From positions 393,288-457,287 of the forward strand of contig CAYVDD010000001.1 in assembly GCA_964450805.1 (NCBI GenBank): 64,000 bases of DNA. Reading direction: 5' to 3'. This DNA is from an uncultured Candidatus Saccharibacteria bacterium (lineage in GTDB: Bacteria > Patescibacteriota > Minisyncoccia > Minisyncoccales > JANBVM01). Shown piece by piece: positions 46,689 to 54,625 of the stretch (the first letter of the stretch is position 1; each line of letters opens with the position of its first letter). Position numbers and translations under genes: made by a program. A model generated the notes under the pieces. The model did no database searches and had not been told where the DNA came from. It saw nothing but the letters and a program-made list of their open reading frames with translations.

Positions 46689-47729
46689 TCATCTATAAAA
46701 TGTATGATCTTCCACCCCCTTTAATTGATTAATTAAATTAAGGTTAAGATGAGAACAAAAAGAATCCAGCTTTAAGGTGGCAACTCGAGAAGCAAATTCT
46801 CCCGCATCCTTTAAAGAATAATTTCTATGGAGAGCACATGTAAAAGCAGCAGCAAAAGCATCACCAATACCTATCTTTGAAATATCATTTTTTGCCCTTA
46901 CAGAACTAGAATTAATTATAATCTTCTCCCTGCCTGAATGAATCAACGCTCCTTTTTCGCCATAAGTTACAATGCATATTTCTACTTTTTTCAATATTTT
47001 TCTAATCGGATTTTCACAATACTTATATTCGTGTTGATTCATAAAAATTATATCTGCTGAATTATTAACAATGTCAAGGATATCTTTTCTGTCTTTAATT
47101 GGGATAGTATCAACGCCCCCAATATTAATTATCACTTTTTTATTCCAACTATTTGCTAATTGAACAAATTCTCTCCAAATAGGCCTGATTTTTTCTGTGT
47201 TTGCTGAAAAAAGGCTACTAAAAAAAATGGTACTCTTTTTCAATTCTTTCTTTAATTTTAAATCACAATCTAAGCAACAAGAAGCACCATAATCAACGAT
47301 TTTAACCCTTTTATAGCTACTAATTTCTTTTTTCTCTGGTATCCAAGCTACTAAAATAGAGCATGTATTATTATTCTCTTTTTCATTAATTATCGCACTC
47401 AGAATTTTTGTTTCTTCCAAACAGATTTTTAGTTTCTCTTTAAATATTAAACTTGCATTATCATCTCCGATAACACCAGCTAAAATAGAAGGTAAACCCA
47501 ATAATGAACAATTTATACCAAAATTAAACTCCACGCCTCCAATTGAAAACAAGAGATCTTCCTTTTTATTTACATTACTTATAATCTCAGAGATACTCAA
47601 TTTACTAATTTCTTCTTTTGGAAGACTAGAAGGGTTAACAGAAAAAATATCTTTAATGCGACTTGAATTATTGATTATTATATTTATATCAAGAATAGGT
47701 CTGCCTAAACAGAAAACTCTGTCTTTCAT
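46689..47729 (-). CDS. PfkB-family sugar/nucleoside kinase
   Basis: N-terminal GG motif region IGGVEFNFGINCSLLG and C-terminal GIGDAFAAAF (the PfkB anion-hole/DxxGAGD-like motif). Confidence 0.6.
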   Translation of the reverse strand: MKDRVFCLGRPILDINIIINNSSRIKDIFSVNPSSLPKEEISKLSISEIISNVNKKEDLLFSIGGVEFNFGINCSLLGLPSILAGVIGDDNASLIFKEKLKICLEETKILSAIINEKENNNTCSILVAWIPEKKEISSYKRVKIVDYGASCCLDCDLKLKKELKKSTIFFSSLFSANTEKIRPIWREFVQLANSWNKKVIINIGGVDTIPIKDRKDILDIVNNSADIIFMNQHEYKYCENPIRKILKKVEICIVTYGEKGALIHSGREKIIINSSSVRAKNDISKIGIGDAFAAAFTCALHRNYSLKDAGEFASRVATLKLDSFCSHLNLNLINQLKGVEDHTFYR

Positions 47730-47788
47730 TTTTTTTCATCTCGATTTTTAAATTTTAAAAAGCTTCTCGTTTATTTTACATAAAAAGT

Positions 47789-48448
47789 TTAATTTTGCAA
47801 ATTAAAATATAAATATTTATCAAGTCTTTTAACAACATCTTTTATGCCTTTTCTAATTTTTAATAGTTCTGGCTGACTGCAATCAAAAAAGGGAAGAGAA
47901 AATGGCTTATCGGTCACGAGAAGTATAGAAATAACAGGGATGTTCTTTTTTCTTCCCCACTCGTAGAGATAATAAGTTTCCATATCTATTATGTCTATTT
48001 TATCATCCTGAAATTTCTTTAGAAATTTTGAACCTAAAATCATCTGTGATGTAGTTGCTATTTTATACTTTATTTCTAATTTAACTAACGAATTTATTTT
48101 TAATTTTTCTAAAACTGCAGTTTTAGGAATGACGACTTCACCTACCTGTAAATTTTGATTCAAAGCACCACAGAAACCAAGAAGAATAATTTTTCTAATT
48201 CTCGAAGGAACGAAAATTTCAAAACAATCTTTTATATGAGAACCAAGGGGAACTTTTAATATTGTTACTGGATTTGAATTGACCTTTATTTTTGTTCTCT
48301 TCCACCAGCCTTTTGTTTCTTCAATTAAAGGATAATGGGCTTTTATTTTCTCATAAATTTTATTTATTGGTGTAAGAATTACATAACCTTTTGGTAATTC
48401 AAAAGCACCAAAGAATGTGAAGAAAATTTTTTCTAAATTGCCTTTCAT
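47789..48448 (-). CDS. nucleoside phosphorylase/nucleosidase superfamily (PNP_UDP_1-like) protein
   Basis: Motifs ILLGFCGALNQNLQVGEVVIP and IIDMETYYLYEW...ISILLVTDKP resemble the MTA/SAH-nucleosidase and futalosine-hydrolase motifs. Confidence 0.55.
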   Translation of the reverse strand: MKGNLEKIFFTFFGAFELPKGYVILTPINKIYEKIKAHYPLIEETKGWWKRTKIKVNSNPVTILKVPLGSHIKDCFEIFVPSRIRKIILLGFCGALNQNLQVGEVVIPKTAVLEKLKINSLVKLEIKYKIATTSQMILGSKFLKKFQDDKIDIIDMETYYLYEWGRKKNIPVISILLVTDKPFSLPFFDCSQPELLKIRKGIKDVVKRLDKYLYFNLQN

Positions 48449-48464
48449 AACTAATTCCTAATAA

Positions 48465-49691
48465 TTAGTCTAAAATTAGAGAACGAAATTTTTCTTTTAA
48501 AGGAATACCCTTCTTCTCTGCCGAATAAATGCTCCATAAAAAATGGTCCAGTAAAGTGTTGTTTAAAATACACTCTCTTTCGTCAACGCTATTTTTATAT
48601 CTCATGATCCCATCCCAAAAACAACCTCCTCCGCAAACCCCTATAGCTGGACATCCTTTACAAAAATCGTTGTTAACAGGAATGTTTTCTTGAAAATATT
48701 TCAAATTATACTTACTAGAATTCTCTAAGCTATCAATTTTCGTACAAAAAGTTTCTCTCCCGCTAGGATAAAATGTCTTTTGTTCTCCGGCTATTTTACA
48801 ACCATAGAACCTAAATTTTTTATTTATCAGTGGTGAAAATCTCTTTGCTAATTGATCAATATAAATTTTTTTCTCTATTGCGAAATCAAATAATTTAATC
48901 ATCTCTTCAGTATATTTTTCCATATCGAAATTAAATTTTTTATCTCTAACAAAATGGGGAAAGCTTACCCCTATATATTTAACTTTTAAGTCTTCACTAA
49001 AAAATTTAACTACTTCTGATAAACGCCCAACATTATCGCCTGAAGCAAGACAGACGATACCTAAACTACAATTATTCTCTTGAAGAGTCTTAATGTTTTT
49101 AATAACTTTTTGGTAAATATTTTCACCATTCTTAAATTTCCTTTGTTTATTGTCTGTTTCTTTCCCATCTAAAGAAATCAAAAGCCTAACATGCTTATTA
49201 TCTTTTAAAACTCTCAAAATATCTTCGTTAATAATAGTGCCATTAGTGAATATTTTAATCGGATCTTTGATATGATTAATAAGAAATTTAACAACTTTCC
49301 AATTTAAAAAAGGTTCTCCCCCTATTATCATACAAGAGCCTTTTTTAATATTTTTCTTATAAAAAGAAATAATTTCCCGGGCCGTCTTTAATCCCATAGA
49401 AGTATTAACTTCCGAGAGTTTGTTTTTATAAACCAAACAATAATCACATGCGCAATTACAAGAAAGAGTTACTTCTATTCGAATCTTTCTTAATAACGGA
49501 GTTTTAAAAACTACATTTGGAGTTTGACCTTCCATTTGCTTCACAATGTGATTTAAACTTGGAAGAAAATCTTGAGCAGAATCTAAATATATTGTCCCAA
49601 AACTCTTTCTATTAAACAGTATAATTTTATCTCTTCTATTAAAACTAAATACATTATCAGAAAGTTGCTTTATACTACTTCTCAAAAACAT
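48465..49691 (-). CDS. radical SAM enzyme with a full SPASM domain and an RRE/PqqD-like N-terminal extension
   Basis: CX3CX2C in SCNCACDYC, then MIIGGEPF. The C-terminus has a complete SPASM pattern: CKIAGEQKTFYPSGRETFC (C-x12-G-x4-C) plus CKGCPAIGVCGGGC (CX2CX5CX3C) plus a downstream Cys. The first ~65 aa (FSFNRRDKIILFNRKSFGTIYLDSAQDFL) resemble a peptide-recognition wHTH/beta-strand element. Confidence 0.8.
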   Translation of the reverse strand: MFLRSSIKQLSDNVFSFNRRDKIILFNRKSFGTIYLDSAQDFLPSLNHIVKQMEGQTPNVVFKTPLLRKIRIEVTLSCNCACDYCLVYKNKLSEVNTSMGLKTAREIISFYKKNIKKGSCMIIGGEPFLNWKVVKFLINHIKDPIKIFTNGTIINEDILRVLKDNKHVRLLISLDGKETDNKQRKFKNGENIYQKVIKNIKTLQENNCSLGIVCLASGDNVGRLSEVVKFFSEDLKVKYIGVSFPHFVRDKKFNFDMEKYTEEMIKLFDFAIEKKIYIDQLAKRFSPLINKKFRFYGCKIAGEQKTFYPSGRETFCTKIDSLENSSKYNLKYFQENIPVNNDFCKGCPAIGVCGGGCFWDGIMRYKNSVDERECILNNTLLDHFLWSIYSAEKKGIPLKEKFRSLILD

Positions 49692-49696
49692 TTTCT

Positions 49697-50713
49697 TTAT
49701 TTTTTATTATAGATAATATTAATACCTTCATCTTTCAGTTCTTTTTTAAAAAAATTCTTAAGAAAAAATTTATAAGCTGAAGATATAAAGTATCCCGTAT
49801 AACTTCTAGGAATCCCTTTCCAATCAGGACACTGAGAACAAGGAAACATAGAAAAATCGCCCTTGAGTTGCCGCTCTCTAAGTTCTATCATCTTTTGGCT
49901 GTTCCAAATTTCTATCAGACTTTTCTCCTTCACATTTCCTACTTTTAAATTTCCTTGTAAATCCTGGCAGCAAACCAATACGTCTCCATTCCACAAAATT
50001 ACTAAAGTTTCCCAAAGGTAAAAACAGGGAAGTCGGTTCTTAATTTTCTGCTTCAGTTTAGAAATTTCCTCAAAGGGTTCTATATTTTTAGCTTCCCAAG
50101 CTCTCGAACAAAAAGATTTTATATTAATATAATTAATATCTGTTCTCTTCCATTTTTCAATAAAAGGCTTAACCTCATCTTCATTAATTTTCATTTTAAT
50201 CATCTGAATTTGTGTTTTTGTTCTAAGCCCTTTTTCTTTCTTAATATCAAGAAATTTAAAAATGTTATTCTCGACGACGTCAAAATCAGCTCCCCTTCTT
50301 ATTTTCTCATAGGTTTCTTTTCTAAATCCATCTACTGAAAAAACAATATAATCTAATCCGGCTTCCATAAGTCTTAGAGAAGTGTCCTTGTCAAGAAGGG
50401 TGGCATTAGTAGAAAGTCTAGTTCTTATTCCATTATTCTTTAAGATTTTAATAATTTCTGGTAATTTGGGGTGAAGAAGCGGTTCGCCAGCGAAATGAAG
50501 CCAAATATACTGATCCCTAAGTATTTCTTTATTTTTATCAATGAGAGATTGTAATAATTCAAGCCCTAAAAATCCTTGTTCTCTAGAGCTTTTATCTATA
50601 CAAATAGGACAGTTTAAATTACAGAAATTGGTTGGTTCTATATTTAAAATTTTAGGATAAGAAGAGATTTTTGATTTCCTCTCTATATATTCTTTAACTT
50701 TAGTAGAGATCAT
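49697..50713 (-). CDS. radical SAM enzyme, SPASM/twitch subfamily
   Basis: Motifs TNFCNLNCPIC and HFAGEPLL. The C-terminus has CFYLWETLVILWNGDVLVC (C-x12-G-x4-C) and CSQC. Confidence 0.8.
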   Translation of the reverse strand: MISTKVKEYIERKSKISSYPKILNIEPTNFCNLNCPICIDKSSREQGFLGLELLQSLIDKNKEILRDQYIWLHFAGEPLLHPKLPEIIKILKNNGIRTRLSTNATLLDKDTSLRLMEAGLDYIVFSVDGFRKETYEKIRRGADFDVVENNIFKFLDIKKEKGLRTKTQIQMIKMKINEDEVKPFIEKWKRTDINYINIKSFCSRAWEAKNIEPFEEISKLKQKIKNRLPCFYLWETLVILWNGDVLVCCQDLQGNLKVGNVKEKSLIEIWNSQKMIELRERQLKGDFSMFPCSQCPDWKGIPRSYTGYFISSAYKFFLKNFFKKELKDEGINIIYNKK

Positions 50714-51309
50714 TTTTCTAAATGAGAAAAATCGTTAATTATAATTGGATCAAAAATTAATTTTTTTTTGTGCTCGAGAACAGTAAGGCCAGTGGTACGA
50801 AAATGAATTTTCTCTATTTCATCAAGAGATAAATTGGTTAAGCTCTTCAAAAGAACCTTTATTACAGTAACATGTGTTACCAATAATACGTCTTTGTTTC
50901 TTTTCACCAGTTCTGAAATAAATGGCAGAATTCTTTGTTCGGCGTCTTTATAACTTTCCCCTTCCGGAATAGTAACATTCCATTTATCTTCTTTTCTTTT
51001 ATGATATATCTCGGGGTAATTTTGTTCAGCTTCCTCTAAAGTCAATCTCTCAAAAATTCCAAAATTCACCTCGTTAAGGGCGGGGGTAATATTAACTTTT
51101 AAAGATAAGTATTCTTCTATAGCATTTGCTGTCTGAATAGCTCTTTTTAACTGGCTTGAGTAAATTTCTTGAATACCCTTATGTTTAAGTCTTTCACCTA
51201 TTTTGTGGGATTGAGAAACACCTTCTTCTGTTAAATCTAAATCTGTAAAGCTCAGAAAACCTATCTTTTTCCATGATATCGATCCATGTCTTGTAACAAA
51301 AATTTTCAT
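50710..51309 (-). CDS. histidine phosphatase (phosphoglycerate-mutase-like) family protein
   Basis: N-terminal catalytic RHG (IFVTRHGSISW) and second His context LLVTHVTVIK. It overlaps the downstream rSAM gene by 4 nt. Confidence 0.75.
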   Translation of the reverse strand: MKIFVTRHGSISWKKIGFLSFTDLDLTEEGVSQSHKIGERLKHKGIQEIYSSQLKRAIQTANAIEEYLSLKVNITPALNEVNFGIFERLTLEEAEQNYPEIYHKRKEDKWNVTIPEGESYKDAEQRILPFISELVKRNKDVLLVTHVTVIKVLLKSLTNLSLDEIEKIHFRTTGLTVLEHKKKLIFDPIIINDFSHLEK

Positions 51310-51338
51310 ATTTTTATTTTAATTTCTTAATTTTAAAT

Positions 51339-52325
51339 TTATTCACTAATTTTAGGAAGAACATCATTTGAATAGTATGACTTATTCTGATATTTTGCCA
51401 TAAAAGGGCACCCTATCATTTTTTCAGCCTTTCTTCTTTCAACCATTTTTCTAAAACTTGAAATTTCTTTTGACTCAGTTAATTCTTTAAAATTTTTTTT
51501 ATGCAAAGATTCTTTTGTGGTAAATGATTGATCTGTTTTATAAACCCAGGAGCATGGAGAAAGATAACCTTCGGGACTCAAAAAAAAGAGGTCTTTTCCT
51601 CCAGGACATAATTCTAAGCCTTTTTTTCCAAATGGATTTCGATGCATACTAATCAGTATTTTATCTTTATATTTTTCCTGAAGTTCTACTACTTCTTTTA
51701 TAATAGAAACATTGTCTCTTTCGGGGGAGAGAGATATATTATCTTTAAATCTACCAACTTTTACAATAGAACCCAGTCTTAACTCTTGAACACCCAAGGA
51801 AATACAAAAATTAACCATTTTTTCAAGATATTTTTCATTTTTCTTCCAAATAATACATCCCAATCTAACTGGAATTCCATACTTTACTAAAATTTTAATA
51901 TTTTCTACTACTTTATCAAAAAAATCTCCTCCGCGAAGATGGTTATAAATTGAAGCTTTATGCCCATCCAAACTCAAGTGCAAAAGATTAATCTTTATTT
52001 CAGATAAATCCTTAATTAATTTCTCGGTGAAAAGATAACCGTTCGTTGCCACATTAACCCTCTTATTGTTCTTTTTCAAATATTTCAGAAAATTCATTAA
52101 GTTCTGCTCTATAAAAGGTTCTCCTCCGCTAATATAAAAATCTTTAATGCCTGAATTCATTATTTCATCTAAAATATCTTCCGATAAATTAAAACTATCG
52201 CAATCAGAAGACAAAGAAGCATTTGAACAACAATGCTTGCATTTCATATTACATCTAGAAGTTACTTCCCATACCAACTTTTTTCCATCTCTTGGGGCAC
52301 TGAATAAACAAAAATTATTATTCAT
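51339..52325 (-). CDS. radical SAM enzyme, twitch/SPASM-like C-terminus
   Basis: Motifs SRCNMKCKHC and FYISGGEPF. The C-terminus has CPGGKDLFFLSPEGYLSPC (C-x12-G-x4-C). The track start (TTG at 52376) falls inside the -35 of the predicted promoter, so the ATG at 52323-52325 (MNNNFCLF) is preferred. Confidence 0.75.
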   Translation of the reverse strand: MNNNFCLFSAPRDGKKLVWEVTSRCNMKCKHCCSNASLSSDCDSFNLSEDILDEIMNSGIKDFYISGGEPFIEQNLMNFLKYLKKNNKRVNVATNGYLFTEKLIKDLSEIKINLLHLSLDGHKASIYNHLRGGDFFDKVVENIKILVKYGIPVRLGCIIWKKNEKYLEKMVNFCISLGVQELRLGSIVKVGRFKDNISLSPERDNVSIIKEVVELQEKYKDKILISMHRNPFGKKGLELCPGGKDLFFLSPEGYLSPCSWVYKTDQSFTTKESLHKKNFKELTESKEISSFRKMVERRKAEKMIGCPFMAKYQNKSYYSNDVLPKISE

Positions 52326-52347
52326 AATATTTATCTTTTCTATCTCC

Positions 52348-52376
52348 AAAATAGACTCTTTTTGGAAAAAATTCAA
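52348..52376 (-). promoter_or_regulatory. candidate promoter TTGAAT-17 nt-TATTTT for the radical-SAM operon
   Basis: Minus strand: -35 TTGAAT (52371-52376) and -10 TATTTT (52348-52353). The same hexamers and spacing recur at 58276-58304, directly after the repeat's terminator hairpin. Confidence 0.4.
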
Positions 52377-52640
52377 GCTAAAATTAAAAACCCGATATCT
52401 CGGGTTTTCGATGCGGATCGGTCTCTCGAACCGAGCACAAGCCTGCTCCCCAGGTCGGTCTCGAACTCAGATTTGAAGGGGAAATTAAGCGATTTTAAGG
52501 AGTCTCAATAATGCCTCTCGGTCGGGGCTATTTTAAGCTAAATGAGACAAATGAGACACTACTTAAGGGCATTTTTTAGTGTCTCATTTTCTTCTAAATT
52601 TTAACGAAAAAATAAATACATTTAAGAATATAACTTGCAA
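52370..52640. repeat. intergenic repeat, copy 2 (hairpin + extra core + GCTCCCC + X-type core + IR/promoter module)
   Basis: Positions 52370-52396 are identical (27 nt) to 58298-58324. Hairpin ACCCGA/TCGGGT at 52390-52405. GCTCCCC at 52445-52451. GGTCGGTCTCGAAC core. Positions 52517-52542 are identical (26 nt) to 58923-58948. ATGAGACA x3 lies at 52542-52587. Confidence 0.85.
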
Positions 52641-52700
52641 ATAATTATAAAAATGGTAAGAATGTAACCTAGAGGGAATTAATACTATTTGAGATTATAA

Positions 52701-53252
52701 ATGATAAAAACTAAGACCCTGAATGATAAAAAGATAATATTCCGTCTTTTTGAAAAATCAGACTTGAATAATCCGAGAAAATTTAAAAATTTTATTAATT
52801 CTTTTATTAAAGAAAACTCACCTATTCGTCTAAATAAGAAGGTTTCATTAAATCAAGAAATTTATTGGCTTGATAAACAATATAGGAAAATTAAAACAAA
52901 AAATGTTGTATGGTTATTAGCAGAACATAATAGTAGATTGGTTGGAATGACTAAAGCGACGCTCAATAGTGGAAGACAGAACCACGTAGCGAAAATTAAT
53001 CTTTTTGTTAAAAAAGGATATAGAAATATAAAAATTGGAACATCTTTATTTAAACTTATAATCAATCTAGCGCAGAAAAAACTTAAACCTAAACCAAAAA
53101 TATTGAGATTGGGAACATATCCTGTGAATAAGCAAGCAATGAAGATATATAAAAAATTTGGGTTTAAAGAAGTTGCAAGAATACCCAAACAGGTTGAATA
53201 TCGTGGCAGATTAATAGATGATATTATAATGTTACGATTCTTTAAAAAATAG
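52701..53252 (+). CDS. GNAT-family N-acetyltransferase
   Basis: 183 aa. The motif A region is VKKGYRNIKIGTSLFKLIINLAQKK. The C-terminus has YKKFGFKEVARIP. Confidence 0.7.
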   Translation: MIKTKTLNDKKIIFRLFEKSDLNNPRKFKNFINSFIKENSPIRLNKKVSLNQEIYWLDKQYRKIKTKNVVWLLAEHNSRLVGMTKATLNSGRQNHVAKINLFVKKGYRNIKIGTSLFKLIINLAQKKLKPKPKILRLGTYPVNKQAMKIYKKFGFKEVARIPKQVEYRGRLIDDIIMLRFFKK

Positions 53253-53281
53253 TACTATAAAATTAAAAGGAGGGAAATAAA

Positions 53282-54016
53282 CTGAAAGCAGTAATTTTAG
53301 CAGCTGGTAAAGGGGATAGATTAAGCCCATTAACAATACCTTTAGGTAAAAGCATGTTGCCAATCTATAATAAACCAATGATAGTATATCTAATAGAGAA
53401 ACTGATTGAAGCTGGCGCTACTAGAATATTATCTATTTTTCATTCCTCAACGGTTGGTTTATATGATGAAATATTAAAACGACAACCCTTTAACAATAGA
53501 CTACAACTAATGGCTGATTCAAGGCTTTTGGGACCAGCAAAAACTCTAGAACTAGCAGAGAGATGGGTAAATGAAGATGACTTTGTTTTGACATTTGGTG
53601 ACAGTGTATTCTTTGAACCACTACCTAGGTTAGATACAAAAACAGCACCACACATGTTTGTAATGAAAATGGACTATACCGAAGACAATCTAAGTAAGTA
53701 TGGACAGGTAAAAGTGTTTAATGGACGAGTTATGAAGAAAAAAGATAAGCCTAAAGTCATATTCAGTGACATTATCCAAGCTACAATTTGGATACTGCCG
53801 TTTAATATTTTTAATGAGGTAAAAAAGTACAAAGTAGCAATACTTGAACCAATGAATTTCAGAATAAGTGCACTAATTGATCGTTTGATTGAAAAAAACC
53901 CAATAGATTGCACGTTTTTACCCCCTAACTCTTACCTAGACTGTGGTGACTTTGAAGCATTATTTAAAGCAAATCAAAAAATGAGAGAAAAAGTATTTTC
54001 TCAAAAAAAACATTAA
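53282..54016 (+). CDS. sugar-1-phosphate nucleotidyltransferase (RmlA/G1P-NTase-like), probable CTG start
   Basis: The frame upstream of the track ATG (53354) encodes the canonical G-loop (L)KAVILAAGKGDRLSPLTIPLGKSMLPI. It opens after the TAA at 53264-53266. The only plausible initiator is the CTG at 53282-53284, about 8 nt after the SD AAGGAGGG (53267-53274). Confidence 0.7.
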   Translation: MKAVILAAGKGDRLSPLTIPLGKSMLPIYNKPMIVYLIEKLIEAGATRILSIFHSSTVGLYDEILKRQPFNNRLQLMADSRLLGPAKTLELAERWVNEDDFVLTFGDSVFFEPLPRLDTKTAPHMFVMKMDYTEDNLSKYGQVKVFNGRVMKKKDKPKVIFSDIIQATIWILPFNIFNEVKKYKVAILEPMNFRISALIDRLIEKNPIDCTFLPPNSYLDCGDFEALFKANQKMREKVFSQKKH

Positions 54017-54091
54017 AATTGCTTTAAAACATCACTTTTTAGGTAAGATTTTTTTTGTATTTTTTAATAGATAATTCTATTATTCAATAAT

Positions 54092-54484
54092 ATGCTTAGA
54101 AGAATATCATTACTTTTATTGCAAGATAAGAATGGTAGGGTTTTAATGCAACATAGAGATAAAGATGCTCCCACAAACCCTGATTTGTGGGGTCTTTTCG
54201 GTGGACACATCAGGGAAAATGAAGAACCGAAAATTGCTGCTATCAGAGAATTAAATGAAGAATTAGGAATACAAATAACAGAACTTAATTTTTTTAAAAG
54301 ATATGATTTTGAGTATATAAATCGAGAGGTCTTTGTCTACACAGGTAGAATGAACATAGATTTAGAGCAATTAAAGAAACAACAAACAGAAGGACAAAAT
54401 ATTGGTTTTTTTACTTATGAGGAGTTAAAGAATATGAAAGTAGTAAAGTATGTTATGGAAGTACTGTATGATTTTTTAAGTTAA
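54092..54484 (+). CDS. NUDIX hydrolase
   Basis: Complete NUDIX box GGHIRENEEPKIAAIRELNEELGI. Confidence 0.8.
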   Translation: MLRRISLLLLQDKNGRVLMQHRDKDAPTNPDLWGLFGGHIRENEEPKIAAIRELNEELGIQITELNFFKRYDFEYINREVFVYTGRMNIDLEQLKKQQTEGQNIGFFTYEELKNMKVVKYVMEVLYDFLS

Positions 54485-54600
54485 AATAACTTAAGAAAAT
54501 ATTTAAAAAAAGATTTAGCTTTTCCTGTTAAAACTGTGAAATGGAAATAAATTAAATAAAGTCTTTAATTGCTTAAATTTAATTCGATGGAATTAAAAAA

Positions 54601-54618
54601 AATCGCCAAAAGGCGATT
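54601..54618. terminator. bidirectional intrinsic terminator
   Basis: AATCGCC (54601-54607) / GGCGATT (54612-54618) with a 4-nt loop, an A7 run upstream and T-rich sequence on the minus strand. It sits between the convergent NUDIX (+) and rSAM (-) genes. Confidence 0.65.
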
Positions 54619-54625
54619 AATTAAT

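Noticed and set aside
46689-46716. Possible TGA read-through or alternative genetic code linking the PfkB gene to the downstream Cys-rich frame
   Set aside because: The downstream frame is in a different phase from PfkB. TGA clearly terminates conserved genes at their expected ends, for example ftsZ at 13225-13227. No conserved protein needs in-frame TGA.
52440-52480. Resemblance of CCAGGTCGGTCTCGAAC to SRP RNA domain IV (CCAGGTCAGGTCCGGAAGG), and of GGTTCGAGAGACC (minus strand) to a tRNA T-arm
   Set aside because: No GGAA/GNAR tetraloop with an AGCAGC partner and no acceptor, D or anticodon arms can be drawn. The element is multi-copy with variable cores, unlike SRP RNA or a tRNA gene.
52390-52510. 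Apparent peptide conservation inside the repeat cores (LPRSVSNSDLKGK.. vs LPRSVWNQNLRGK..; PLLDAFRTVDWGKIKENLKDLE.. vs PLLDAFRTVNWVEIRENLKDLE..)
   Set aside because: None of the frames has a start codon or SD, and several are closed by stops just upstream. In the X1/X2 comparison the nucleotide differences fall about equally on codon positions 1 and 2, with fewer on position 3, which is not a coding pattern. I treat these as non-coding.
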